A stretch of 64,000 nt of DNA from Phototrophicaceae bacterium (GCA_049680565.1 JBAUIA010000411.1:2928-66927), one strand, 5' to 3'. Shown: positions 30,545-41,093, numbered from the stretch's first letter. Numbers and translations: made by a program. The notes: generated from the sequence alone by a model not told the origin.

Positions 30545-30904
30545 TTATTCAGCCGCAGCTTCAATTTCTTCTAAACGTTGTGAAATCATACGGCTTAACA
30601 TCATAAAACGATCATCTTCATACGTATCCAGATCGTTGTTACCTTTATGACCATCTACTACTGACTGTGTTTCCAAAGCAGCTAGTGCTTCAGCGTTTAA
30701 CTGTGCAGCTTTATTAAATGTTTCAGTTGCGAGGTCTAATTTACCTTCGGCACGTTGGGCTAAACCAAGACCATACAGTGCGTCAAGATGACCGGGGCGT
30801 TGACTTAAAATATCTTGAAAAATTTCAATTGCACCGCTGTTGTTGCCCATACGATGTTGTTTCCATGCTTCGCCAACACGTTCTTCTGTATGCATTGTTG
30901 CCAT
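30545..30904 (-). CDS. Small TPR-like protein
   Basis: 119 aa with TPR-type helices (ALYGLGLAQRAEGKLDLATETFNKAAQLN). Confidence 0.6.
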   Translation of the reverse strand: MATMHTEERVGEAWKQHRMGNNSGAIEIFQDILSQRPGHLDALYGLGLAQRAEGKLDLATETFNKAAQLNAEALAALETQSVVDGHKGNNDLDTYEDDRFMMLSRMISQRLEEIEAAAE

Positions 30905-31120
30905 AATAATAATCCTTTTAAAATTGATTGAACGTGGTTATTGTACAGAGCGTTGGCTACAAAAACAAGCAAACACACAATGAATATTGTTTGCAATACA
31001 GCAAATGACAATTTCTGGTCGATAGAATCAAGCCCGTAGCCTTATCATTTTGTTGACGTTCATTTCATATCCTTATACTATCAACATACTATTTTGTTGA
31101 GTGAGATTGTAGATTCATTG

Positions 31121-31597
31121 ATGCCTATCCGTGATGTGACTATAGATGATATTCCTGTATTAGCAGAATTTTGGTACGACCAAATGGCACTACGCTCGCA
31201 GAAGCACGCCGCAATTAAATTAGCCCCTAATGCCCTTACACAATGGGAAATTTTCGCACATACTTGTTTGTATGATGATGATCTCGTATTTTTGCTCGCT
31301 GAAATTGACAATGATATTATCGGCTGTGCAATCGGACGTATTCAAGCGAATCAAGTTGGGCTTGTACCTGCTCAAGTGGGTATTATTGAGCAGATCATCT
31401 TTGATCTACATAGCCCGCATAAACGTAAAAATGCTGTGACGGAATTGTTGGAAACGATCAAAGCCTATTTTCGACAATCTGATATTCAGTACATAATAGT
31501 ACAAGTCCCCACGCAGTCGCCTGTTGAACAAGGATTTTGGCGTGGGTTGGGTTTATCACACTTAGACGATATTTTTTGGATGGATTTAAGCAAATGA
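31121..31597 (+). CDS. GNAT family N-acetyltransferase
   Basis: The start is placed at MPIRDVTIDDIP; the track start is a TTG at 31094. The fold pattern is GNAT. A candidate promoter is TTGACG (31053-31058), 17 nt, TACTAT (31076-31081). Confidence 0.7.
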   Translation: MPIRDVTIDDIPVLAEFWYDQMALRSQKHAAIKLAPNALTQWEIFAHTCLYDDDLVFLLAEIDNDIIGCAIGRIQANQVGLVPAQVGIIEQIIFDLHSPHKRKNAVTELLETIKAYFRQSDIQYIIVQVPTQSPVEQGFWRGLGLSHLDDIFWMDLSK

Positions 31598-32070
31598 TTG
31601 TACGACCAATAAAACGTGAAGAAGTGGATCGTGTTGGTGAATTATGGTATGAACTTGTCACCTATCATCGAGGATTATCTGATACGATGCCAATTCCTGC
31701 TGAGGATGGTGCAGAACGATATGCTGCACGTATTCGCTGGAGTGTTGATGATAATCATGTCCAGACTTTTGTTGCTGACCATGACGGCGAAATCGTTGGT
31801 TATGTCTACGGAACAGTGGTTGATTTATTACCAGAAATGTTTAAAGACGAGCGTGCAGGGATTGTTGGTGATATTTATGTGGTAGAAAGTCAGCGTGGAA
31901 CAGGAATTGGCACAGCCTTGATGCAAGCGATGAAAGATTGGTTTAAATTGCGCGGTGTGAGCCATTATGAATGGTACGTTGCAGCGATGAACAAGCAAGG
32001 TATCCGCTTTTGGGAAAAAACGATGGGTGGCAAAGCGGTTATGGTACGAATGCGAGCCAATGTTGATTAA
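31594..32070 (+). CDS. GNAT family N-acetyltransferase
   Basis: The start is placed at MIVRPIKREEV, with an ATGA overlap to the upstream GNAT. The motif QRGTGIGTALM is present. Confidence 0.85.
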   Translation: MIVRPIKREEVDRVGELWYELVTYHRGLSDTMPIPAEDGAERYAARIRWSVDDNHVQTFVADHDGEIVGYVYGTVVDLLPEMFKDERAGIVGDIYVVESQRGTGIGTALMQAMKDWFKLRGVSHYEWYVAAMNKQGIRFWEKTMGGKAVMVRMRANVD

Positions 32071-32087
32071 TAAGAGGAATAACTTGA

Positions 32088-32795
32088 ATGACTGAATTAC
32101 TGTACCATACAGATGCGTATTTGACAGAATTTTCTGCCGAGGTGATGAGCATCAATGAAGAAGAAAATGGGATTATTTTAGATCGGACTGCCTTTTATCT
32201 AGGCGGAGGTGGACAACCACATGACACAGGTAAATTGATCGTTGACGGTCAAGAATACATTGTCTCGAAAATGAAACGCCCTAATCTGCATATTATTGAG
32301 GGTCAATTACCGCCTGTTGGATCACAAGTTTCAGGGCATGTGGATTGGGATCGTCGTTACAAATTGATGCGAACCCATACCGCAATGCACATCCTTTGCG
32401 GGGTTGTTTGGCGTGATTATGAAGCCAGTGTCACAGGGGGTAATATGGATGTCCTCAGTGGTCGGATGGATTTTGAATTTGAGCGTATGCAAAAAGAATT
32501 GGTTGCAGAAATTGAAGAAAAAATTAATCAAGAAATTGCTGCTGCTCGTGCTATTGAGGTACAAATTTTACCCCGTGAAGAAGCCTTTCTCATTCCTGAT
32601 CTCATTCGCACTAAAATCAATTTACTTCCAGAAGGCATTTCAGAAGTGCGAACTGTTGAGATCAAAGGCTTAGATTTACAAGCAGATGGTGGTACTCACG
32701 TCCGTAATACAAGTGAAGTGGGTATCATTAAAGTGACAAATTACAAAAGTAAGGGCGGTATCAACAAACGTATCTATGTGGAGATTACAGATTAA
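32088..32795 (+). CDS. alaX: AlaX-type misacylated tRNA(Ala) editing protein
   Basis: The zinc/editing motifs HTAMHIL and DGGTHV are present. 235 aa. Confidence 0.85.
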   Translation: MTELLYHTDAYLTEFSAEVMSINEEENGIILDRTAFYLGGGGQPHDTGKLIVDGQEYIVSKMKRPNLHIIEGQLPPVGSQVSGHVDWDRRYKLMRTHTAMHILCGVVWRDYEASVTGGNMDVLSGRMDFEFERMQKELVAEIEEKINQEIAAARAIEVQILPREEAFLIPDLIRTKINLLPEGISEVRTVEIKGLDLQADGGTHVRNTSEVGIIKVTNYKSKGGINKRIYVEITD

Positions 32796-33472
32796 TGCGT
32801 AATTTGCATGTGGTCGCCCCAAACGAAGTTTTTGTTGCAAGTGGCACATATCGCTATTGGCGTGATAATGTTGAATTAGGGATAAGTGAGCAATTCACTA
32901 TTCATGAATTGCAAGGCGGTGCATTTCTTTATCGTGTGGATGAAGATGGGCGTGACGAAGACGGTTTAACAATTTTATCTGAAGCACTCATTAGCCCTGA
33001 TTATCAATTTGATCGCTTTAATGTGCAATCTTACAATGCCAAAGATCAGCTACTCAAAACCTTTAAAGCTGATTACACATTCAATCCAAATTACGTGCAA
33101 ATTGGTCGGCAAATGCAGGGCGCAGATCGTGAGTATGACGAATTTGAACTATTGCATGATTCCCAAATTTATATCAAACAAACACTCTACATGGGATTGA
33201 CCATTCGTAATATCATGGATGTTGATGGCTCATCGCAAGTTTTTGCCCCACAATTATTATCTGTTGATGATAATCTACTTCAGAAAATTATCGTTAAACA
33301 TATGGATACAGAAGCACTGATAATCGGCAAGCGAACAATCGAAACCCGTAAATTCCAAATTGCTGATGATGTGTTTTATTGGCTCGATCAACATGATATT
33401 CCCCTACAACGACAATATACACATAATGGCGCACAATATCTTGTCAAAGTGACCAACTATGCCCATCGTTAG
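32795..33472 (+). CDS. Hypothetical protein, paralog A (225 aa)
   Basis: A TAATG overlap joins it to alaX. It shares blocks with the next ORF: ISPDYQFDRF/ASPDYQLDAT, VFAPQLLS/TFAPILRS and YWLDQHDIP/YWLDKNGIV. Confidence 0.7.
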   Translation: MRNLHVVAPNEVFVASGTYRYWRDNVELGISEQFTIHELQGGAFLYRVDEDGRDEDGLTILSEALISPDYQFDRFNVQSYNAKDQLLKTFKADYTFNPNYVQIGRQMQGADREYDEFELLHDSQIYIKQTLYMGLTIRNIMDVDGSSQVFAPQLLSVDDNLLQKIIVKHMDTEALIIGKRTIETRKFQIADDVFYWLDQHDIPLQRQYTHNGAQYLVKVTNYAHR

Positions 33473-34040
33473 CGGAAAATACGAACACCGTGAGAATGGT
33501 GTTCCAAATGGTATCACGGAGACATGGGAATACCTTGATGAAAATCACTTACATATTCTTTTTGCATCACCTGATTATCAATTAGATGCAACGATTATAT
33601 TGGATGAAAACAAGAACGTGAATCGGTTTGCATACCATGTTGATGAGACACTCAATGGCTATTATCAGGTGCAAGGATCACAATTACGAGTTAAGCGTCA
33701 ATTACCTGCAAATACCCAATTAGACGATACATTGGTTTGGTCAAATGATGCCTTACTAGATTTACCCTTCCTAAGCTGCAAAGGTCACACTATCCTACAT
33801 CTTAATCAAAAAGGACTTACATCGACTTTTGCCCCCATTTTACGCTCAGGAGATCGCGCAGGGGATATGGCAAAACAATCGGTTCAAAAACTTGAGCAAT
33901 ATAGCTTGAATATCAATGATCGTGTGTATCAAACAACCCATTATCGCTATTTGCGCGATTATTGGTTAGATAAAAATGGGATTGTCATACGCGCAGAGTC
34001 AGGTACATATGAGATGATTTTAGTGGAGTATACACCTTGA
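33459..34040 (+). CDS. Hypothetical protein, paralog B (193 aa)
   Basis: It overlaps paralog A by 14 nt and the downstream TPR gene by 4 nt. The shared blocks are listed under paralog A. Confidence 0.7.
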   Translation: MPIVSGKYEHRENGVPNGITETWEYLDENHLHILFASPDYQLDATIILDENKNVNRFAYHVDETLNGYYQVQGSQLRVKRQLPANTQLDDTLVWSNDALLDLPFLSCKGHTILHLNQKGLTSTFAPILRSGDRAGDMAKQSVQKLEQYSLNINDRVYQTTHYRYLRDYWLDKNGIVIRAESGTYEMILVEYTP

Positions 34041-35044
34041 ACGTCATTCAAAATTTTAGAACGTGGCTGGGTGAGGGTCGTTTTTGGGCGCTCATCGGGA
34101 TGCTTGTTGTCACAGGATTAGGCAGTTTTGTTGCTCAAATTGTGGGGATTGATAATGCTGTCGTATCGCAAAATGCCTTACTCGCGGCATTTTTGCTCGG
34201 CACGATTTTCATTGTTGGCTCACGGATGGATGTTGAACAACGCGGACGATGGTCAGCAATTTTAGTCCCATCATTTGGATTAGTGTTATTAGGGGTGCTT
34301 TTTTTGCCCCAATATTTGCTGATCTTTTTAGGCGCAGCATTTGGCTGGGCATTAATTAGCTTACTGCTCTTTGGGGATGAACGGACTCCCATGCAGTATC
34401 GACAAGCCATTAAAGCCATGCGAAATAACGATTATAAAACGGCTGTTGATACGATGGATGGTCTTATCAAAGAAGAGAGTGATGACCCCAATCATTATCG
34501 TTTTCGTGCAGAATTATTGCGCTTATGGGGTAAATTAGGGCGTGCGCGTCGTGATTACCAAATGATGATTGAAAAAAGCACTAATGATGCTGATCTTGCA
34601 GTTGCTTATAACGGTATGGCGGAAGTTGATTTACAAGCAGGTAACTATCAAGATGCACTTGTTGCTGCCCATAAAGCCTATGAGCTTGCACCTGATGAAT
34701 GGGTTGCTGCTTATAACCTAGGTATGATTGCAGATCGCCTTGGCGATAGTACACTCACACTCGATAGTCTTGAAAAAGCCTTAGCTGCAACAATCCCTGA
34801 TTCACGTCATCGTTTATTGGTTTATCTATGGCAGTTGCGTGCTTATATGCGTCAAGATCAACAAGATTTAGCGAAAAATGCTCTTAAACTTCTCAAAAGT
34901 GAACGTAATGGACTCAAAGAATGGCAGAAAATTTTACCAGAGGAACAAGCGAAAGTATTAAGAGAAGTCTTAGAAGCCGATATTACTTTAGCTGAACAAC
35001 TCATTGATGATAAAGTAGACCTTTCAGCCCTTGGAGTAGCGTAA
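34037..35044 (+). CDS. Membrane-anchored TPR protein
   Basis: The first ~110 aa hold three or four TM helices, followed by TPR repeats (YKTAVDTMDGLIKE..., AYNGMAEVDLQAGNYQDAL...). Confidence 0.75.
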   Translation: MNVIQNFRTWLGEGRFWALIGMLVVTGLGSFVAQIVGIDNAVVSQNALLAAFLLGTIFIVGSRMDVEQRGRWSAILVPSFGLVLLGVLFLPQYLLIFLGAAFGWALISLLLFGDERTPMQYRQAIKAMRNNDYKTAVDTMDGLIKEESDDPNHYRFRAELLRLWGKLGRARRDYQMMIEKSTNDADLAVAYNGMAEVDLQAGNYQDALVAAHKAYELAPDEWVAAYNLGMIADRLGDSTLTLDSLEKALAATIPDSRHRLLVYLWQLRAYMRQDQQDLAKNALKLLKSERNGLKEWQKILPEEQAKVLREVLEADITLAEQLIDDKVDLSALGVA

Positions 35045-35052
35045 CGTAAATT

Positions 35053-35832
35053 ATGCGTATTTTACTAGCACTCTTCCGCGAAATTCCAAAATGGGATCGT
35101 CCTACACAGATTGCACTCGGAATAGCATTCGTGCTACTCATCATTGATGTGATTATATTATCGACTCAGCCTGATTTACAAATACCTGCGTTAGTGGGTG
35201 CAATTGGCTTGTTACTCGGCATACAGGGGATTTTTATGTGGGGGAATCGTAATCTCGTGACTCCCTTCACCCAAGCACAACGTCATTTTATCGCGGGCGA
35301 ATTTGAGCAGGTTGTATCGGTACTGAAACAATACATCGAAGATGAAGCCCATCCGATGATTGATGCGCTCATTTTGTTGGGTAATGCTTATCGTACACTA
35401 GGGCAATTGGTAGAAAGTGAATCGGTGCTACGGATTGCTATTGCGCGTCGTCACGATTACCACTTTGCATTGTACGGACTAGGTAAAACATTGCTCGCAA
35501 AAGGGCAATATCAAATTGCCTTTGAACAACTTGAAAAAAGTTTATCCAATGGTGGCTCAAAAACAATTCACTTTGATATGGCACTAGCACTATTTCTGGC
35601 ATCGAACCTTGATGAAGCCGTGATTGAATGTGATAAATTGCCACCTGTAGATGAAGCATATCGGCAATTATTCATTGCATATATTCGTTATATGGATAAT
35701 CCGCACGATGAGTCAATTGTTTTCAATGCTGATGGCTTGGTATTTTGGCAAGCTGAGGCAGAACGCTTTGCACATACCCCTTATGGTCAAGCAATCGCAG
35801 AATCCGTTATTGAGATGCAACAATTGTTATGA
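35053..35832 (+). CDS. Membrane-anchored TPR protein
   Basis: Two N-terminal TM helices are followed by TPR repeats (LGNAYRTLGQLVESE, ALYGLGKTLLAKGQYQIA). Confidence 0.75.
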   Translation: MRILLALFREIPKWDRPTQIALGIAFVLLIIDVIILSTQPDLQIPALVGAIGLLLGIQGIFMWGNRNLVTPFTQAQRHFIAGEFEQVVSVLKQYIEDEAHPMIDALILLGNAYRTLGQLVESESVLRIAIARRHDYHFALYGLGKTLLAKGQYQIAFEQLEKSLSNGGSKTIHFDMALALFLASNLDEAVIECDKLPPVDEAYRQLFIAYIRYMDNPHDESIVFNADGLVFWQAEAERFAHTPYGQAIAESVIEMQQLL

Positions 35833-36050
35833 TTGTGTCTGTAATGACCCGTTGTGAGCTAAATTTCCACTACACTTATTAAGACACATGCGCCATAATT
35901 AGAAGCAAGTTTTTTTATTAGTTTTAGGAGGTGCTTACATGACGTTAATCGGGTCATGGGGCATTGTAGCTGAGATACGGATATGTGTAGTTTGATACAT
36001 ATAGCCATAATTCCCCTGTAAACACAATCAACCGTATCATAGGAGATCGT

Positions 36051-39000
36051 ATGTTTAAACCTGTTGACCCAAGGGTCGATATTCAAAAAGTTGAGCAAGA
36101 AACCCTCGAATTTTGGCGTTTGAACCGTGTGTTCAAACGAACAACAGAAGGGCGCGATGATGCCCCTCGTTATGTATTTTATGAAGGTCCCCCAACCGCA
36201 AATGGTAAACCGGGCAGCCATCATGTATTAGCACGCGCATTCAAAGATATGTTCCCACGCTATAAAGTGATGAATGGCTACTATGTCGAGCGTCGCGGTG
36301 GTTGGGATACACATGGCTTACCCGTTGAAATTGCCGTTGAAAAAGAACTCGGCTTCACAGATAAAAGTGAAATCGAAACTTACGGGGTCGAAAAATTCAA
36401 CGAATTATGCCGTAAGCGTGTTTTTAGCAACATCGCTGACTGGGAAAAATTAACCGAGCGGATCGCGTTTTGGGTCGATTTAGATAATGCCTATGTCACC
36501 TTTACCAATGATTATATTGAATCTGTTTGGTGGATTCTCAAGCAACTGTGGGATAAAAAATTGCTGTATCGTGGCTATAAAACAGTTCCTTATAGTCCGA
36601 CATCAGGCACACCATTAAGCAGTCATGAAGTTGCACAAGGCTATAAAGATATTGTTGACCCCAGTATCTATGTGCGTTTTCCGCTCAAAGATGAAGAGGG
36701 TGTCTATTTCATGGCATGGACAACGACCCCTTGGACATTACCGGGCAATGCTGCATTGGCAGTGAACCCAACTGCTCATTACGTTCAAGTTGAGCATCCG
36801 ACAGAAGACGGCGGTACAGAGCAACTCATTCTCGCGGAAGCATTGGTTGATAAGGTTCTCGGCGCACTCGAAGAAGGCGAAGAACGTAAAATTGTCAAAC
36901 GCTATCTCGGTAAAGATTTACTGGGTAAGCGTTACAATCCGCTCTATAACTTTGTCGCTACAGATAAAGACTATGCCTATGTGTTATCAGGTGATTTTGT
37001 TACCTTGGGTGATGGTACAGGTATCGTTCATATTGCGCCTGCCTTTGGTGAAGACGATAATCGTATGGGACGCGATCATGATTTACCCTATTTCATGACG
37101 GTCACTGATAATGGGCGGATGATTGATGCTGTTGATAAATTTAAAGGCATGTGGTTCAAAGATGCCGATAAAGAGATTGTCAAAGACCTCAAAAAACGCG
37201 GCTTAATGTACAAAGTAGAACAATATTTGCATAGTTATCCTCATAACTGGCGTGATGACATGCCCTTAATGTACCTTGCCCGTGAAACTTGGTTCATCAA
37301 TACGCGTGAATATAAGCAACAAATGATTGATAACAATCAAAAAGTGAATTGGGTACCCAATCATATTAAAGATGGTCGCTTTGGTAATTGGCTGGAAGAC
37401 CTTAAAGAATGGGCGCTCGGGCGTGAGCGTTACTGGGGTACACCTCTCCCTGTTTGGGTAGATGATGACTCTGGTGATATGGTTTGTATCGGTAGTGTCG
37501 CAGAACTCGAACAATACACAGGACGTGACCTCACTGAGCTTGATTTGCATCGTCCCTATGTAGATGACATCACGTTCCCGAATCCAAATGGTAAGGGCGG
37601 TACAATGCGTCGTGTGCCAGAAGTCATTGATGTTTGGTTTGATAGTGGTGCAATGCAATTGGCACAATGGGGCTATCCGCATAAAAATAAAGAAAAAGCG
37701 GAAGAACAATTCCCAGCAGATTATATCTGTGAAGCAGTTGACCAAACACGCGGTTGGTTCTATAGCTTACATGCGATTGCTAGCATGCTCTTTGATAGTG
37801 TTGCGTATCGTAATGTCATCTGCTTAGGGCATATCTTGGATGAAGAAGGTAAGAAAATGTCCAAGAGTAAAGGTAATGCTATTGATCCTTGGGATGTTTT
37901 AGATGAACATGGTGCTGATGCTTTCCGTTGGTATCTCTATACCAGTGGCGCACCGGGTGAACCACGCCGTTTCTCGAAACGTTTAGTGGGTGAGGTCGTT
38001 AAAAAATTCTATCTCACACTCTGGAATACCTATAGCTTCTTTGTCACATATGCCAATATTGATGGCTGGACACCTGATATGGATGCACCTGCTGTTGCGG
38101 ATCGTGATGTATTGGATCGTTGGGTACTATCCGAACTCAATACATTGGTTCAAACAGTCACCAATGGTTATGAAACATATGATGTGACAAGTGCAACACG
38201 TCCAATCGAAGAATTTGTGGATGCTTTGAGTAACTGGTATGTGCGCCGTAGTCGTGAGCGGTTTTGGTCTAATGGTATGACAGATGATAAGAGATCAGCG
38301 TATGCAACCCTATACGAATGTCTCAAAACAGTATCATTTTTACTCGCGCCATCCATGCCATTTGTTGCAGATGAATTGTATCGTAATCTCGTTGTCGAGA
38401 TGGAAAAGAATGCTGTCGATAGTGTCCATTTAGCAACATGGATCCAAGCTGATCTATCACTCATTGATGAAAACTTAATGCGGGATATGAATCTTGTTCG
38501 CCTTATGGTGAGCTTAGGCTTGGGGGCGCGTAATAGTGCAGAACTCGGCGTTCGCCAACCCTTAGCATTGGCTAAACTCGGTATCGGTAATGCTGAAGAG
38601 CGTAAAGCTGTTGCTGCCTACGATGCTGTTATCCGTGATGAACTCAATGTTAAAAAAGTGGAACTCTTGCAAGAAACTGAAGGTGTGACCAGCTACGCGC
38701 TCAAACCTGACTTTGGTAAATTAGGCAAGAAGTTGCGTGGTGATGTTAAATTGGTTGCGAATGCCCTTCAGAATGCGAATGCCGATGATGCGTCTAAATG
38801 GGGTCGTGCTTTGCTAGCAGGGGATACGATTACACTTGAGGTCAATGATAAATCGTTTGAGCTAGCACCCGATGAAATTGAAGTGCATCAAGAATCAGCA
38901 GCAGATGGCTATATCGTGAGTGAAGAAAAAGGCTATGTTGTTGCGATTGATACCAACTTATCGGATGACCTTATCGCTGAACGCCTTGCTAATGAAGTTC

Positions 39001-39254
39001 AACGGCGGATTCAAGTTGCGCGTAAAAATGCGAACTTTAATTTAGATGACCGCATCACGATTGTTTATTCTGCCAGCGAAAAACTCACAAGCGCAATTGA
39101 GCAATTTAGTGATCGCATTCAACAAGAAACCTTAGCCGATAGCTTATCAGTTGATGATGCTACAGAAGGCTTTTACACAGAGGACTTTACAGCCGATTTA
39201 CCAAAAGACTTGGATGGCGAAACCCTTGTGATTCGTGTTAAACGCACAAGCTAG
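36051..39254 (+). CDS. ileS: Isoleucine--tRNA ligase, type 2 (archaeal/eukaryote-like)
   Basis: The HIGH region is PPTANGKPGSHHV and the KMSKS motif is KMSKSKGN. An editing CP1 domain is present. 1067 aa, with an AGGAGA RBS. Confidence 0.95.
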   Translation: MFKPVDPRVDIQKVEQETLEFWRLNRVFKRTTEGRDDAPRYVFYEGPPTANGKPGSHHVLARAFKDMFPRYKVMNGYYVERRGGWDTHGLPVEIAVEKELGFTDKSEIETYGVEKFNELCRKRVFSNIADWEKLTERIAFWVDLDNAYVTFTNDYIESVWWILKQLWDKKLLYRGYKTVPYSPTSGTPLSSHEVAQGYKDIVDPSIYVRFPLKDEEGVYFMAWTTTPWTLPGNAALAVNPTAHYVQVEHPTEDGGTEQLILAEALVDKVLGALEEGEERKIVKRYLGKDLLGKRYNPLYNFVATDKDYAYVLSGDFVTLGDGTGIVHIAPAFGEDDNRMGRDHDLPYFMTVTDNGRMIDAVDKFKGMWFKDADKEIVKDLKKRGLMYKVEQYLHSYPHNWRDDMPLMYLARETWFINTREYKQQMIDNNQKVNWVPNHIKDGRFGNWLEDLKEWALGRERYWGTPLPVWVDDDSGDMVCIGSVAELEQYTGRDLTELDLHRPYVDDITFPNPNGKGGTMRRVPEVIDVWFDSGAMQLAQWGYPHKNKEKAEEQFPADYICEAVDQTRGWFYSLHAIASMLFDSVAYRNVICLGHILDEEGKKMSKSKGNAIDPWDVLDEHGADAFRWYLYTSGAPGEPRRFSKRLVGEVVKKFYLTLWNTYSFFVTYANIDGWTPDMDAPAVADRDVLDRWVLSELNTLVQTVTNGYETYDVTSATRPIEEFVDALSNWYVRRSRERFWSNGMTDDKRSAYATLYECLKTVSFLLAPSMPFVADELYRNLVVEMEKNAVDSVHLATWIQADLSLIDENLMRDMNLVRLMVSLGLGARNSAELGVRQPLALAKLGIGNAEERKAVAAYDAVIRDELNVKKVELLQETEGVTSYALKPDFGKLGKKLRGDVKLVANALQNANADDASKWGRALLAGDTITLEVNDKSFELAPDEIEVHQESAADGYIVSEEKGYVVAIDTNLSDDLIAERLANEVQRRIQVARKNANFNLDDRITIVYSASEKLTSAIEQFSDRIQQETLADSLSVDDATEGFYTEDFTADLPKDLDGETLVIRVKRTS

Positions 39255-39281
39255 TTGTGTAATATCACTAAAAAATTATAG

Positions 39282-39320
39282 AAGTAGGCGTACACATACG
39301 CGCCTACTTATTTTATTTTT
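39282..39320 (+). terminator. Intrinsic terminator after ileS
   Basis: AAGTAGGCG (39282-39290) pairs with CGCCTACTT (39301-39309), followed by ATTTTATTTTT. Confidence 0.85.
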
Positions 39321-39443
39321 AGTCACTTTTGCTATATGATTGGTACAATACTCCAAAAATACTTTCATTTCATTGGTTAAAATGCTATAGAGAAAGTATA
39401 AGCTATCCCTTACAATCAGCACGACATTGGAGATATTGCACAG

Positions 39444-41093
39444 ATGAATAACGATAAAAATACAGCGACTTTACAAGCACTATTAAGATTTGCCTTGCCA
39501 CTCGGCACGAATCTTGCTGCTGGCGATGCTGATGTACTAATCAATTGGGCGATTACCGTTCGCGCTCAACCTCCTGCATTCCCCGATGTGTATGGGGGCG
39601 AGCTAGCGCTTGTCTCGATGGATTTGCTACGGGGATATGATAATCGGATTTCCTTAGCGGAAGTCGTACAAAGCCTTGCAGATGCTGGGGTCGGTGCAGT
39701 TGCGGTTGATGGTGAAGTTTCACAGACTGCCATCACTGTTGCTAATGAAAAACAAATTGCCTTACTAATTTTACCCGATCAATCGGGTTTGCCGGGTATT
39801 GAACGCGCCGTCAACAAGCTCATTCTTAATCAAGCAGCCCAGCTTAACGAACGTGCGGTTGAAATTCAACGCCAATTGACACGAGTATCCGCAGAAAATC
39901 GGGATATTAATTCGCTTTTACAAGTGATAGCGCGTGCCACAGCTAAACCTGTCATTATGCACGATGATGCTGGTGTGATGATGGCGCAAGTCTATCCGAC
40001 AGTGGGACGACGCGGTATCAGTGGACGCTCAATGATTCAGAATTTGCCGTATCGTGATTTTCAAAAATGGCTTGATTCTGATGCCCCCAACACACAAGGC
40101 ACAATTGTGAATAGCCCGATTGGATATACCACCGTTTTACAAGTTGAAAAGCGCGTTTCTGCCTATTTATCACTTGTATCAAAAGAAGAAATGATTGACG
40201 ATTTTGATCGTCTTGTTCTATCTTATGGGGCTGATGTTTGTTCGATTGAACTAGCGAAAACACGCGCAATTGAATCGGCAGTGGAACAAGCGCGTGGTGA
40301 TTGGGTGCAAATGTGGTTGAGCGGTACACCTGCTGATGATGACTTGCTTGCTACACGCGCTCAACAGGCAGGATTTAGCCCTCAAACCAATTACTTTGTG
40401 GTCGTTTATCGCGCAATGACTGATGGCGGGCAAACCTTACCCCTTGAATCACTGATTTCGTTAGTGCGTGATGATATGGCACGTCGTCAAATTGAAGGAG
40501 CAGTCGGGCAATATGTCGATGTGATTGTAGCGCTCTATCCTATTGATAAAGTGGAGAATATTCCGCGCGTGCGAACAGCCATCGAAGAATTACGTCAGCA
40601 ACTTGCAATGCGAACTCCGAGTGGTCTTGTAGCAGCAGGTATTAGCCGTCCTGCAATCGGTTTGCGTGTCTTGCGCGATTCTTATCGAGAAGCAAAAGAT
40701 GCCGTAGGTATTGCCAATGAGTTGGGAGACTTTGAGAAAACCACATTCTATGGTGATCTAAAACTCTATCAATTGTTATTAGCACTCAAAGAACGCAATT
40801 TAGATAAGATGAGTAGCTTCTATCAAGAAACCTTAGGTCCATTGGTTGAACATGATGAACGCAAACAAAGTGACTTGATCCGTACTTTAACAGGTTTCTT
40901 TGATGCCAACGGCAACCTTGCACAAGCTGCTAAAGATTTGGATGTGCATCGTAATACATTGGTGTACCGTCTTGATCGGATTAGTGAATTGACGGAACTT
41001 GATCTTAATGATGCGGATAACCGCCTCATTTTGCATCTGGCACTCAAAATTCAACGAGTGCTTGCGACCATTACGGGGCGTATTTTGCAATGA
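39444..41093 (+). CDS. PucR-family transcriptional regulator
   Basis: The N-terminal PucR-like domain begins LRFALPLGT. The C-terminal HTH is LAQAAKDLDVHRNTLVYRLDRISELT. Confidence 0.85.
   Translation: MNNDKNTATLQALLRFALPLGTNLAAGDADVLINWAITVRAQPPAFPDVYGGELALVSMDLLRGYDNRISLAEVVQSLADAGVGAVAVDGEVSQTAITVANEKQIALLILPDQSGLPGIERAVNKLILNQAAQLNERAVEIQRQLTRVSAENRDINSLLQVIARATAKPVIMHDDAGVMMAQVYPTVGRRGISGRSMIQNLPYRDFQKWLDSDAPNTQGTIVNSPIGYTTVLQVEKRVSAYLSLVSKEEMIDDFDRLVLSYGADVCSIELAKTRAIESAVEQARGDWVQMWLSGTPADDDLLATRAQQAGFSPQTNYFVVVYRAMTDGGQTLPLESLISLVRDDMARRQIEGAVGQYVDVIVALYPIDKVENIPRVRTAIEELRQQLAMRTPSGLVAAGISRPAIGLRVLRDSYREAKDAVGIANELGDFEKTTFYGDLKLYQLLLALKERNLDKMSSFYQETLGPLVEHDERKQSDLIRTLTGFFDANGNLAQAAKDLDVHRNTLVYRLDRISELTELDLNDADNRLILHLALKIQRVLATITGRILQ

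Noticed and set aside
35833-36050. A T-box riboswitch upstream of ileS.
   Set aside because: I recognised neither the conserved T-box core (AAUUAGGGUGGUACCGCG-like) nor a specifier/terminator arrangement.
35859-36224. A 121-aa minus-strand ORF spanning the ileS start.
   Set aside because: It overlaps the conserved IleRS N-terminus on the opposite strand, and it has no RBS or recognisable motif.
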